Assembly: GCA_964632315.1 (NCBI GenBank) | Contig: CAZWEM010000021.1 | Span: 1-16,463 of the forward strand | Reading direction: 5' to 3' | Origin: an uncultured archaeon | Lineage (GTDB): Archaea > Asgardarchaeota > Lokiarchaeia > Sigyniarchaeales > SOKP01 | Length of the DNA: 16,463 nucleotides | Shown: positions 1 through 8,559 of the stretch, piece by piece | Position numbering within the stretch: position 1 is the first letter of the stretch | Layout: each line of letters opens with the position of its first letter | Translations under genes and position numbers: made by a program | Notes under the pieces: generated by a model | What the model was told of the DNA's origin: nothing | The model's database searches: none | What the model saw: the letters and a program-made list of their open reading frames with translations, nothing else

Positions 1-1141
1 CAGTTTGAGAATTTCCACCAATGATGACCCCTAACTTTCTGCGATTTGAATTTATTGATTTTCCATTAATATTCATTTTAATATTATTATTATCAAATCT
101 TAGATTCGAAGTTTTTGTACCTGCTCCAAGATTTACGTTTTCACAGATAATTGAATCTCCAACATAATTAAAGTGAGGAACATTACTATTTGAAAGAATG
201 ATAGAATTCTTTATCTCAGACATTCCAATGTGACATTTATCACTGATGAAGCTATGAGGGCGTATAAATGCATTTGGTCCAATCAATGAATCTTTTCCAA
301 TAAAACACGGTCCTTTAATATAACTTCCAGATCTAATAAGAGAATTTTCGCCCACATACACATTATCTTCTATATAAACATTTTTTTCAATGATACCTTT
401 TTTCTCATACTTTAATTTATCAAGTAGATAGGTATTTGCTTCTAATACTTGCCATGGTAAACCTATATCACTCCAGAAATCTTCAAGTATGTAACCTTTA
501 ATTTTTCCACCAAATTGAGAAATCAATAATTCCATAGAATCAGTAAATTCATATTCCCCTCTGATAGACTTTTTAGTTTCCAATATCGCTTTAAATATTA
601 AAGGTGTAAAGATATAAATTCCCGCATTAGCAAGATTGCCTAAATCGGAGCCTTGAGAGGGCTTTTCAGTTACTTTTTCAACAAAATTCTTATCATTTAA
701 CGTGATGATTCCAAACTCTTCAGGATTTTCTACTCTAATTAAACTTATTATTCCTTCAGGTTTGAGACGCTTAAATTCTTTTATTAAATTCTTAAAGGTT
801 TTGCCTTCGACTAATATATCACCATACATTAGCAAAAAGTCATCCTTTCCAACAAAATCTATAGCATACTTAGCTGCGTGAGCAGTCCCTAGATGTTCAG
901 TTTGAGTTATATAATCAATCTTTACCCCAAAGTTCTCAACGCCATCTTTAAAATATTCCTTAATCATATCCTCTTTATAGCCAACAATGAGTAATATCGA
1001 ACTAATCCCCGCTTCCTTTAAGCTCAAGATTGTATGTTCTAATAGGGGTTTTCCAGCGATTGGAATTAATGGTTTAGGTCTCGTTGCTGTAATAGGTCTT
1101 AATCTCTTTCCCTTACCAGCTGCAAGTATGACAGCTTTCAT
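1..1141 (-). CDS. glmU: Archaeal GlmU-like bifunctional sugar-1-phosphate nucleotidylyltransferase/acetyltransferase (3' end runs off the window)
   Basis: Not in the ORF track; both ends translated by hand. ATG at 1141-1139 gives MKAVILAAGKGKRLRPITATRPKPLIPIAGKP, the nucleotidyltransferase GxGxRLxPxT signature. The same frame at the window edge reads GKSINSNRRKLGVIIGGNSQT, typical of the hexapeptide-repeat C-terminus of archaeal GlmU-like enzymes. Confidence 0.88.
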   Translation of the reverse strand, partial: MKAVILAAGKGKRLRPITATRPKPLIPIAGKPLLEHTILSLKEAGISSILLIVGYKEDMIKEYFKDGVENFGVKIDYITQTEHLGTAHAAKYAIDFVGKDDFLLMYGDILVEGKTFKNLIKEFKRLKPEGIISLIRVENPEEFGIITLNDKNFVEKVTEKPSQGSDLGNLANAGIYIFTPLIFKAILETKKSIRGEYEFTDSMELLISQFGGKIKGYILEDFWSDIGLPWQVLEANTYLLDKLKYEKKGIIEKNVYIEDNVYVGENSLIRSGSYIKGPCFIGKDSLIGPNAFIRPHSFISDKCHIGMSEIKNSIILSNSNVPHFNYVGDSIICENVNLGAGTKTSNLRFDNNNIKMNINGKSINSNRRKLGVIIGGNSQT

Positions 1142-1172
1142 AAATAAGCAAAAGTCAGCATAATATTAGAAA

Positions 1173-2060
1173 TTACTGGTCAAATTCATTTATAATCTCA
1201 TCCAAATAAGATGATAGATTGCGGTATGGTTTGAGGTCACCATTAAATTCACAGGATAAGACTTCTTCACATGAAATTTTCTTTTCTAAGGTCCTAAATA
1301 TTTCTTTTATTTTAATGAAATCCCCAGATGCGATGAGATCCAACGAAAAACCATTAATATTTCCATAAAGAATTAACTTTTTACAGCCGTCTTCCTCTAA
1401 ATCATCAAAATGAATCTCCTTAATTTTACTTTTGGCTCGAATTTGGGTGTTCATCGTAATTGTAGCTAATTTAGCTGATAAATTAGAAGTAAATAATTCA
1501 ACATTTTCTTTGGATATTTCACGATTAAAATTTTCTAATAATGATTCATCATATAATTTTGAAATGATCGGTAATCCTTGTGTTGATAAACCACAATATA
1601 TTATTTTGTTAGTATCAGCTAAGCATGTATAATTAAATTCCTCATCCTCTATATTTTCTCGATACTTTTTCCATAAATAACCGGTAATTAGCTTGATTAC
1701 TTTTTCAAATTCCATGTGTTTTGTAGCTTTTTTTATGCTATCAGCAGTTTCATAATTAGCTTTAACTTTTTCACAATACTCTTCAAGCATCTTATTTGCT
1801 TCTTCAGATCCTGAAATGAAATCGCCTGTTATGCAATAAAAGATGTTTTGATTGGTTTCAGTTATGTCATGGCGAATTATCATTCGTTCTTTTCCTTTCT
1901 CACCTTCAAAAAAGATATTGGTTAAACGCCAGCAGTTTTTTGGATTGATGCTTTTTATCAATTTTTCAACAAATAATACGATTTCAAAAAATGGATATTT
2001 ATTTTGATTTGAAACATATAGTATATCTTCATCCAAAATTATCGCAAAACCAGTAATCAT
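1173..2060 (-). CDS. Hypothetical protein, probable tandem longin-like (longin/roadblock-fold) domains
   Basis: 295-aa ORF with two ~130-aa units showing a beta-beta-alpha-beta-beta-beta-alpha-like pattern (MITGFAIILDEDILY...IFYCITG...; KIIYCGLSTQGLPII...LSAKLATI...IKEIHF...LILYGNINGFSLDLIA). The fold call is pattern-based. Confidence 0.5.
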   Translation of the reverse strand: MITGFAIILDEDILYVSNQNKYPFFEIVLFVEKLIKSINPKNCWRLTNIFFEGEKGKERMIIRHDITETNQNIFYCITGDFISGSEEANKMLEEYCEKVKANYETADSIKKATKHMEFEKVIKLITGYLWKKYRENIEDEEFNYTCLADTNKIIYCGLSTQGLPIISKLYDESLLENFNREISKENVELFTSNLSAKLATITMNTQIRAKSKIKEIHFDDLEEDGCKKLILYGNINGFSLDLIASGDFIKIKEIFRTLEKKISCEEVLSCEFNGDLKPYRNLSSYLDEIINEFDQ

Positions 2061-2356
2061 AGAAAATACTGAGAATGTATGAGTAAGGTAATAAATTATC
2101 CCATTAAATGTAAAAAAATTTTAAGTATTTTAATTTTTGTGGAACAATTCAAATTACGAGATATATGATATAACTAATTTTTAACTTAAAATGATTAATT
2201 TCAATAATAATAAGTTTTTATAGTTGTAACTATATATTAAAAATAATTAGAGAATGAACTGTAAGCAGTTTTTTGCCAACTTTTAACTTTAAAGTAATAC
2301 TCTTAAATAAAATCGTTTGAAAATTTATTAAATATTGCTTAATACTGGTTATAACA

Positions 2357-3151
2357 ATGAAAATCCTAAAAATTGTCGAAAAAAAAAAAATTAGGGAAGC
2401 AGCAGAACTACTAGTGAATTCTAAAAGTGCAATAGCTTTAACTGGCGCCGGAATCTCAACAGAATCAGGAATTCCTGATTTTCGTGGTGAAGGGGGGATC
2501 TGGGAAAAATACAAACCAGAAATCTACGGAAATATAAAAGCATTTATGAACAATCCAGCAAAATTTTGGGAATTGGCTGAAAAAATAGCACCGACCTTAT
2601 TCAAAGCAAAACCAAATCCTGGACATTTTGCTTTGGCGGAATTAGAGAAGATGGACATTATAAAAGCTCTTATTACTCAAAATATCGATGAACTTCATCA
2701 AAAAGCCGGATCAGTAATTGTTTATGAAGTACATGGTAATATTAATCGATTTGACTGCTTAGGATGCCGAGCTTCTTATTCTAAAGAAACAGTTTTGAAA
2801 AAGCTAAAGAAGGACAAAAAAAAACCACCTTTATGTGATATATGTGCTGCTCCATTGAAACCCTCTGTTACTTTGTTTGGTGAAAGCTTGCCTAAATTTG
2901 AGATATATCAATCTCAAGCATTATCACAAAAAGCTGATCTGATGTTAATTGCGGGATCATCCCTTGAAGTCGCTCCAGCCTGCGATTTACCACTATATAC
3001 CTTAAGAAATAAAGGAAAATTGATAATAGTCAATGATCAGCCTACACATCTAGACGATAGAGCTTCGGTAGTCATACGTCATAAAACAGGAATGATTTTG
3101 CCATTAATTGTTGAACAAGTTAAACTCATTAAAGAAAACGTTCAAAATTAG
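2357..3151 (+). CDS. cobB: NAD-dependent protein deacylase, Sir2/sirtuin family
   Basis: GAGISTESGIPDFRG, TQNIDELHQKAG, catalytic HG, Zn-binding CLGC...CDIC and GSSLEVAPA motifs. Confidence 0.95.
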   Translation: MKILKIVEKKKIREAAELLVNSKSAIALTGAGISTESGIPDFRGEGGIWEKYKPEIYGNIKAFMNNPAKFWELAEKIAPTLFKAKPNPGHFALAELEKMDIIKALITQNIDELHQKAGSVIVYEVHGNINRFDCLGCRASYSKETVLKKLKKDKKKPPLCDICAAPLKPSVTLFGESLPKFEIYQSQALSQKADLMLIAGSSLEVAPACDLPLYTLRNKGKLIIVNDQPTHLDDRASVVIRHKTGMILPLIVEQVKLIKENVQN

Positions 3152-3160
3152 TCTAAAGAC

Positions 3161-4729
3161 ATGCATAAGAATCATATTAAGATTAATCGGAAAAATAAAA
3201 TCTCATTTGGTTTAATCTATCCTAATAGATTGAAAATAATGCTATCGTCATATACAATAAGATTTCTTTATCACTATCTGAATAACAAACTTGAAGTATT
3301 TTGTGATAGATTTTCCCTACCTGAAAAATATGTTTTTCCCGCCAATAGGGACGTGCAACCATTAAATAATTTGCGTAGCTTTGATCAAAACCTCAATGCA
3401 CTCGAATTTGATATTTTAGGCTTTTCTATTCACTATGAAAATGATTATAGAAATGTTCTATGGTTTTTAGAAAAAGTGGGTGTTCCTTTAACATTTGAAG
3501 AAAGAAAGAAGGCGAGAGAAAAAAATATAAACCTTCCCATTTTGATAGCAGGGGGCCCAGTTATCACTTCAAATCCATTACCATTTTCTAACATATTTGA
3601 CGTTTGCTTCATTGGTGATTCGGAAAAGAACCTTCCTACTTTTTTTAATAATTATGACCAATTTAGAGATCAAAATTTTTATCTCGAGACGTTTTTGAAG
3701 TCACTTAAAGAAATAAAAGGGCTTTTTATTCCTTCCCTAAAAAATGAAGTCTCGCGAGAAGTCCTCTCTAATTTAGATAATTCTCCTATTCCGTATAATC
3801 AAATTTCTCAAAAGGTTGAAAATGGTCAATTTGAAAACAACTTCTTTTTAGAGGTTAATAGAGGATGTCCTTATAAATGTAAGTTTTGTTTATCTTCATA
3901 TCATAATTTCCCATTTAGAAATAGATCTTATCAAAATATTATCGATTCCATAGAAAAAAGCTTAATAAACTCCCAATTCGATAAAATAAGTCTAATAGGA
4001 TCGTGTGCCTCTTCTCACCCCCAATTCCGTAACATTTGCAATTACATTCTTGATAGCGGAAAAAGTTTAAGTATTCCATCTATTAGGTTGGAACATATAA
4101 CTCCTGAGATCATTAAAATCTGTGAAAGAGCAAGTATAAAAACAATTACTATTGCTCCAGAGGCTGGAGGAGATTTTTTAAGGAGTAAAGTAGGAAAAGT
4201 GTTTTCAAACAATGATATTATAAAAAAAGCAATATTAATTCGAAATTCCTCGATTAGAAATATAAAATTTTATTTCTTAATTGGATTACCAGGAGAGACT
4301 GATGAAAATATTATTGAGATTGTCGATCTCATCAAAAAAGTTGGTGAATTAGGTTTTCCTAATAACTCTTTAAGAGTAAATATCAATCCTTTTATCCCAA
4401 AATTAAACACACCATATGAATTCCAAACAACCTATTTCATAAGAGAGAAACTCAAGATTTTAAAAATAAGATTAGATCTTTTGATAAAAAGTCTAAAAAA
4501 TCTTCCTTATGTAAGATTAAAAGTTCAAAAGTCAAAGGAGATTGTAAACCAAGCAAGATTACAGACTGTGATATCACAGGGTGATGAAGAAGTAGCCGGA
4601 TTACTCTTAGAGTACTATAGATTAGGGGCTAACTTAGGGTCATTAAGACGAGCAGAGAATAATTTAAATTTTTCAATTGATGATTACTTCAAAAAGGTAA
4701 ATTCAGGATTTAAGCCTTGGAAATATTAA
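3161..4729 (+). CDS. Radical SAM protein with N-terminal B12-binding-like domain (TIGR03960/COG1032-like), function unknown
   Basis: EVNRGCPYKCKFC (CxxxCxxC), upstream FDILGFSIHYE...ILIAGGP...NPLP...IGDSE, and downstream TIAPEAG, KFYFLIGLPGET and PFIPKLNTP. Starts 9 bp after the sir2 stop. Confidence 0.85.
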   Translation: MHKNHIKINRKNKISFGLIYPNRLKIMLSSYTIRFLYHYLNNKLEVFCDRFSLPEKYVFPANRDVQPLNNLRSFDQNLNALEFDILGFSIHYENDYRNVLWFLEKVGVPLTFEERKKAREKNINLPILIAGGPVITSNPLPFSNIFDVCFIGDSEKNLPTFFNNYDQFRDQNFYLETFLKSLKEIKGLFIPSLKNEVSREVLSNLDNSPIPYNQISQKVENGQFENNFFLEVNRGCPYKCKFCLSSYHNFPFRNRSYQNIIDSIEKSLINSQFDKISLIGSCASSHPQFRNICNYILDSGKSLSIPSIRLEHITPEIIKICERASIKTITIAPEAGGDFLRSKVGKVFSNNDIIKKAILIRNSSIRNIKFYFLIGLPGETDENIIEIVDLIKKVGELGFPNNSLRVNINPFIPKLNTPYEFQTTYFIREKLKILKIRLDLLIKSLKNLPYVRLKVQKSKEIVNQARLQTVISQGDEEVAGLLLEYYRLGANLGSLRRAENNLNFSIDDYFKKVNSGFKPWKY

Positions 4730-4746
4730 AAAAATGAATGAGTTAA

Positions 4747-5250
4747 CTACTCAACTTTATTAAATGCTTGTTTCTTTGCCTTACAAACTGGGCATGTATC
4801 AGGTGGTTCTCCTTCATGAGTATAGCCGCAGACAGAACATACATAAATATCCGTTTCTTTTAAATCATTACCTTTTTCTACCGATTCTAAAGCTTTTTTA
4901 TAAAGCTTATGGTGTATTTTTTCTACTTCATTAGCATAATTAAACGTTCTCTCAGCTGACTTATTTGTTTCTTCTTTTGCTTCTTCAATAAATTCGGGAT
5001 ACATCTTAGTGAACTCATAAAATTCTCCCTCAATTGCTTCTTGTAAATTTTCCTTTGTAGATCTAATTCCACCAAGAGTTTTTAAATGATTATGAGCGTG
5101 TACAGTTTCGGCAGCGGCTGCAGCTCTGAATAAATGGGCTACACCAGGAAAACCATCTTTTTCCGCTTTTTTAGCAAAAGCTAAATATTTTCTATTTGCT
5201 TGGGATTCACCTGCAAATGCAGCTTTTAATCCTTCTTCTGATTTTGTCAT
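4747..5250 (-). CDS. rbr: Rubrerythrin
   Basis: Di-iron motifs AFAGESQA, AETVHA, GEFYEFTKMYPEF and VEKIHH, plus a C-terminal rubredoxin-like CSVCGY...CPVC. Confidence 0.95.
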   Translation of the reverse strand: MTKSEEGLKAAFAGESQANRKYLAFAKKAEKDGFPGVAHLFRAAAAAETVHAHNHLKTLGGIRSTKENLQEAIEGEFYEFTKMYPEFIEEAKEETNKSAERTFNYANEVEKIHHKLYKKALESVEKGNDLKETDIYVCSVCGYTHEGEPPDTCPVCKAKKQAFNKVE

Positions 5251-5346
5251 AATTACACTTCTAATTTGAATTTTAGTTTGAATTTATTCGTTTTATTATT
5301 TGAATATTTTTACTATATTTCATTAATGAAGATAGAAAAAGAGATT

Positions 5347-6153
5347 TTATGAACTAAAATAACTTTCGATTGTTTTAACTATCTTCTGTAAATAAAAATC
5401 AGCAAGCCCAAATCTAATATTTAGGTCAAAAATCAATATTATGAAATATTTATTGAGAATATATTCAGAAAATATTAATTTTTTATCTTTAGAGGTATAA
5501 AAAAGCTTTAAGATGTTATTATTACATATTTTTACCCTAAACTCGACTTCTTTTAAAAAGGTTCTTACCTCCGATTGTTTGAGTGAAGAATAAATTACAT
5601 GTCCAAGATCAGTTAAAAAAATTATTCCGTTTATTTGATCATCATAATTTAATCCCTTTAAATAACTTATTATCTTCTTTTCTTTAATTAAATCAAATTC
5701 ATTACTCAAATAATTGCAAATAATCTCTTCTATCGACGTGTCTAAATCCATATCATGTATAAACTCTAAATCCGTATGAATCTCATTCTTTTGTATATAA
5801 GTCCTGAAATTTTTATCAATTTTAGAGACCAGTTCTGAAATTAAAGCTATATTTTCCATCGAGTTACAAAGAATGATATAAAATAACTTTCCTTTCTTTA
5901 AGACAACAATTTTTAAATTATTACTCATTTCGATAGCCTTTATTTCGGTACCAACCATTTCTTTAGTAAAAGACATTAAGGCTGTAAAGAATGAAGAGAT
6001 TAATTGTTCCTCATCGATTATGTACAAATTAGAGGTATTTAGTTTATAGATACAAATTCCAGATTCATTAAAGATTAAAATTTGATGAAAATTCATTGTA
6101 TCAGGAATTCTTTTTATTTTGGAGAGAATTATTGAATCTTCGGGTATGGTCAT
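5347..6153 (-). CDS. Putative longin-domain + roadblock/LAMTOR-like domain fusion protein
   Basis: The N-half (ILIFNESGICIY...QLISSFFTALMSFTKEM...IKAIEM...FYIILC) matches the Asgard longin pattern. The C-half (INGIIFLTDLGHVIYSSL...YFIILIFDLNIRFGLADFYLQKIVKTI) matches the roadblock pattern. Confidence 0.65.
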   Translation of the reverse strand: MTIPEDSIILSKIKRIPDTMNFHQILIFNESGICIYKLNTSNLYIIDEEQLISSFFTALMSFTKEMVGTEIKAIEMSNNLKIVVLKKGKLFYIILCNSMENIALISELVSKIDKNFRTYIQKNEIHTDLEFIHDMDLDTSIEEIICNYLSNEFDLIKEKKIISYLKGLNYDDQINGIIFLTDLGHVIYSSLKQSEVRTFLKEVEFRVKICNNNILKLFYTSKDKKLIFSEYILNKYFIILIFDLNIRFGLADFYLQKIVKTIESYFSS

Positions 6154-6199
6154 ACTTTTTGTTTAATATATAACTATAAAAACCAAACTTTTCAATATT

Positions 6200-7207
6200 C
6201 TACTTAATAAAGCTAAACACTCCATTAAAACAAAGCTTACACGGTAAAATTCTATAACCTTCTTCAATTAGTTCATTCTTGAAAGCAAAAATGTGATCTG
6301 AATTCGCTAATATTGTTGCTGAACCTCCTCCCCCGGCCCCATTACACTTAAATCCAAAAGCACCATATTTTTTAGATATTTTTTCAGCTTTTATAATTTT
6401 GTCATTGACCATTAAGGGATGTAGATTTTTTTGGGCTTCCCAATTTTGATTCATTACATCTCCTATATCCACAAGATCCTCGTTAATAGCTTCCTTCATT
6501 TTATATGCACAATTTTTAAGAGTATCTAATGAATTTTTTATTTTCATATCCCCTTTCATATATTTTTTAATAACAGCTTTATGCATCTGATCAGAACTTC
6601 TTGAGCCAAATACCAATAATATTAATGAGTTTTCAAGTTCTAAACGCTTACTTTTACTAATGTTGATATTACTAATTTTTACTGCGGGATAGCTTACCTC
6701 CATAAAATTAAGTCCTCCTAACGCCGTAGCATACTGGTCTTGAATTCCACTTTCCATCTTTAGCTCATTTACTTCAATTTCATGAGCAATCCTTGCAATC
6801 TCTAATGGTTCAAATGATTTATCAAGGTATTCAAAAAGAGCTGCAATTAATGCGACACATATACTGGCACTTGTCCCGGTACCACATCCAGGAGGGACCT
6901 CTGAACGAATATTAATATCAATACCCCCTTTAATTTTCATCCTTTTAATAACTGCTTTTAATAAATCTAATACCCCATTGTATTTGACTTCTTTAAAACT
7001 CTTCAATCGAGTAGTTAAATTAAGATTTTCTGAATGAATCCGAATCTGATTTACTAAATTTTCTTCTATCATAACGTAGTTATACAAGTCAACGCAAAAG
7101 TTAAAGACTGCTCCATTAGGATAAAACCAAGTATCTGTCCATCCCCCAATATCGCAAATTCGAACTGGGGCTCGAGAAAAAATTATCTTACTCAAATCTT
7201 TTTTCAC
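6200..7207 (-). CDS. GHMP-family sugar kinase, HddA (heptose-7-phosphate 1-kinase)/fucokinase-like
   Basis: SRAPVRICDIGGWTD, PPGCGTGTSAS (GHMP P-loop variant), GIQDQY and KCNGAGGGG motifs; GTG start. Confidence 0.85.
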   Translation of the reverse strand: MKKDLSKIIFSRAPVRICDIGGWTDTWFYPNGAVFNFCVDLYNYVMIEENLVNQIRIHSENLNLTTRLKSFKEVKYNGVLDLLKAVIKRMKIKGGIDINIRSEVPPGCGTGTSASICVALIAALFEYLDKSFEPLEIARIAHEIEVNELKMESGIQDQYATALGGLNFMEVSYPAVKISNINISKSKRLELENSLILLVFGSRSSDQMHKAVIKKYMKGDMKIKNSLDTLKNCAYKMKEAINEDLVDIGDVMNQNWEAQKNLHPLMVNDKIIKAEKISKKYGAFGFKCNGAGGGGSATILANSDHIFAFKNELIEEGYRILPCKLCFNGVFSFIK

Positions 7208-7544
7208 TTTCGTTCAACGTTATATTGTAGCATTAAAATACATATTTATGAAGAAAATATCTCTTAAAATCCCTTCTGCTTTTTAGCGAGTACATAGTGG
7301 TATGTAATTTAAAAGTTAATAAATGGGGGATTAAAGAAGGGCATCTTAAATTTTGTCATTTCAATCATTAAGAACTTAATAATTTTTAATCAAAGACTAG
7401 AAAGCTCAGAGTTCTTGATTATAAAAACTTTTAGTATAGATCGACAATATTAACCTTCTATGATGATTTTTCAACTACATTTAAATATTAGCAAGGAGAA
7501 TTATATTTTAAGCACAATTTATTTTTAAACCATATTTAAATAAA

Positions 7545-7550
7545 AGGAGG
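7545..7550 (+). promoter_or_regulatory. Shine-Dalgarno site (AGGAGG) of the histone gene
   Basis: AGGAGG ends 8 nt upstream of the ATG at 7559. Confidence 0.75.
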
Positions 7551-7558
7551 AATAAAAA

Positions 7559-7756
7559 ATGGCTAAAAAAGCTGCAGTTGATGCCTTATTTGTAAAGAGT
7601 AAAGTTCGAGAATATATTAAGTCTAAAGGATGTAATACTTCTGGAGATTTAATTGATGGGGATGCTCTTAACAATGCTATAATCGAAGTTCTTGATAAAG
7701 CGATTGGAAGAGCAAAAGCAAATGGGCGTAAAACAGTACAAGAAAAAGATTTGTAA
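7559..7756 (+). CDS. Histone-fold protein with truncated alpha3 (face-to-face / Bd0055-like prokaryotic histone)
   Basis: LFVKSKVREYIKSKGCNTSGD...AIGRAKANGRKTVQEKDL*. The histone L2 motif RKTVxxxD is followed almost immediately by the stop. The gene has a strong RBS and a poly-T terminator. Confidence 0.85.
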   Translation: MAKKAAVDALFVKSKVREYIKSKGCNTSGDLIDGDALNNAIIEVLDKAIGRAKANGRKTVQEKDL

Positions 7757-7772
7757 TTAATAGTAGCTCATA

Positions 7773-7788
7773 TTTTTTTTTTATTTTA
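7773..7788 (+). terminator. Archaeal oligo-T terminator after the histone gene
   Basis: T10 run at 7773-7782 followed by ATTTT, starting 17 nt after the stop codon. Confidence 0.6.
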
Positions 7789-7964
7789 TGATATAAAGAA
7801 AATCGAAAATTTTTTACAGCCTTCGCTTTTATAGGGGATTCTTTTTTAGATCACTTTAACACACACAACAAAAACGACCTTAAAAGAGTAAAAAATTCAT
7901 TCCAAATCGCCTTATCCTTATTTCTTCTCTTGTGAAACTGAATTTTTTATTCTTTCTTCTCCTT

Positions 7965-8528
7965 TTAAGAGCTATTTTTTATTTCTTTATCAACTATAAA
8001 GAATCCAAGAGAAAGAACATTTTTTAAGCGTTGCAAATCCTCTTTTAATTTTCTTACTCTATTATATGGACCTGACACAGCAATTAACTCTAAGCATTTC
8101 TCGAATTCTAAGTGTAAATGCATTACAGACAAAATGACATCATGGAAATGATGTTGTATATCGTTTTTTAGGATTTCGTCAGTTTGCTGAACATTTGCAT
8201 AAATTGGGCCCGAATCATAATCATGATCATGGATCTGTTCATCATGTCCTGAAGGTGAGTGTTTATGTTCCTCTTCCTTCGTAATGAAATGTTCGTGAGT
8301 AAAAACTATTGAGATGCATCCAACAACATTTCCAGATTTATCGGGAAAATTTTCTTCACTTGTCATAAAGTGATACATTGCCTTCCGAACTCCATCAGAT
8401 AAGGACGTAATTCCTAAATTCTTCCTAAATGTGTCAAATTTATTATACAGTTCTTTTGGAAGTGAAACTGTAAATCGTTTCTGCAGCTCTTCCTGTTGTT
8501 CTGATACGTTCGGAGTATCTTCTTCCAT
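7965..8528 (-). CDS. nikR: Nickel-responsive regulator NikR with a His/acidic-rich insertion
   Basis: N-terminal ribbon-helix-helix RFTVSLP. H126, H137, H139 and C145 have the 11/2/6 spacing of the E. coli NikR ligands H76/H87/H89/C95. Extra segment at about residues 78-116. Confidence 0.9.
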   Translation of the reverse strand: MEEDTPNVSEQQEELQKRFTVSLPKELYNKFDTFRKNLGITSLSDGVRKAMYHFMTSEENFPDKSGNVVGCISIVFTHEHFITKEEEHKHSPSGHDEQIHDHDYDSGPIYANVQQTDEILKNDIQHHFHDVILSVMHLHLEFEKCLELIAVSGPYNRVRKLKEDLQRLKNVLSLGFFIVDKEIKNSS

Positions 8529-8559
8529 ATTTGCCCTCCATTTATTATTTAAAATTCTC

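Noticed and set aside
1432-1632. 66-aa + strand ORF
   Set aside because: Antisense within the 295-aa gene; no motif or RBS.
2230-2514. 94-aa - strand ORF
   Set aside because: Antisense shadow of the sirtuin 5' end plus AT-rich intergenic DNA.
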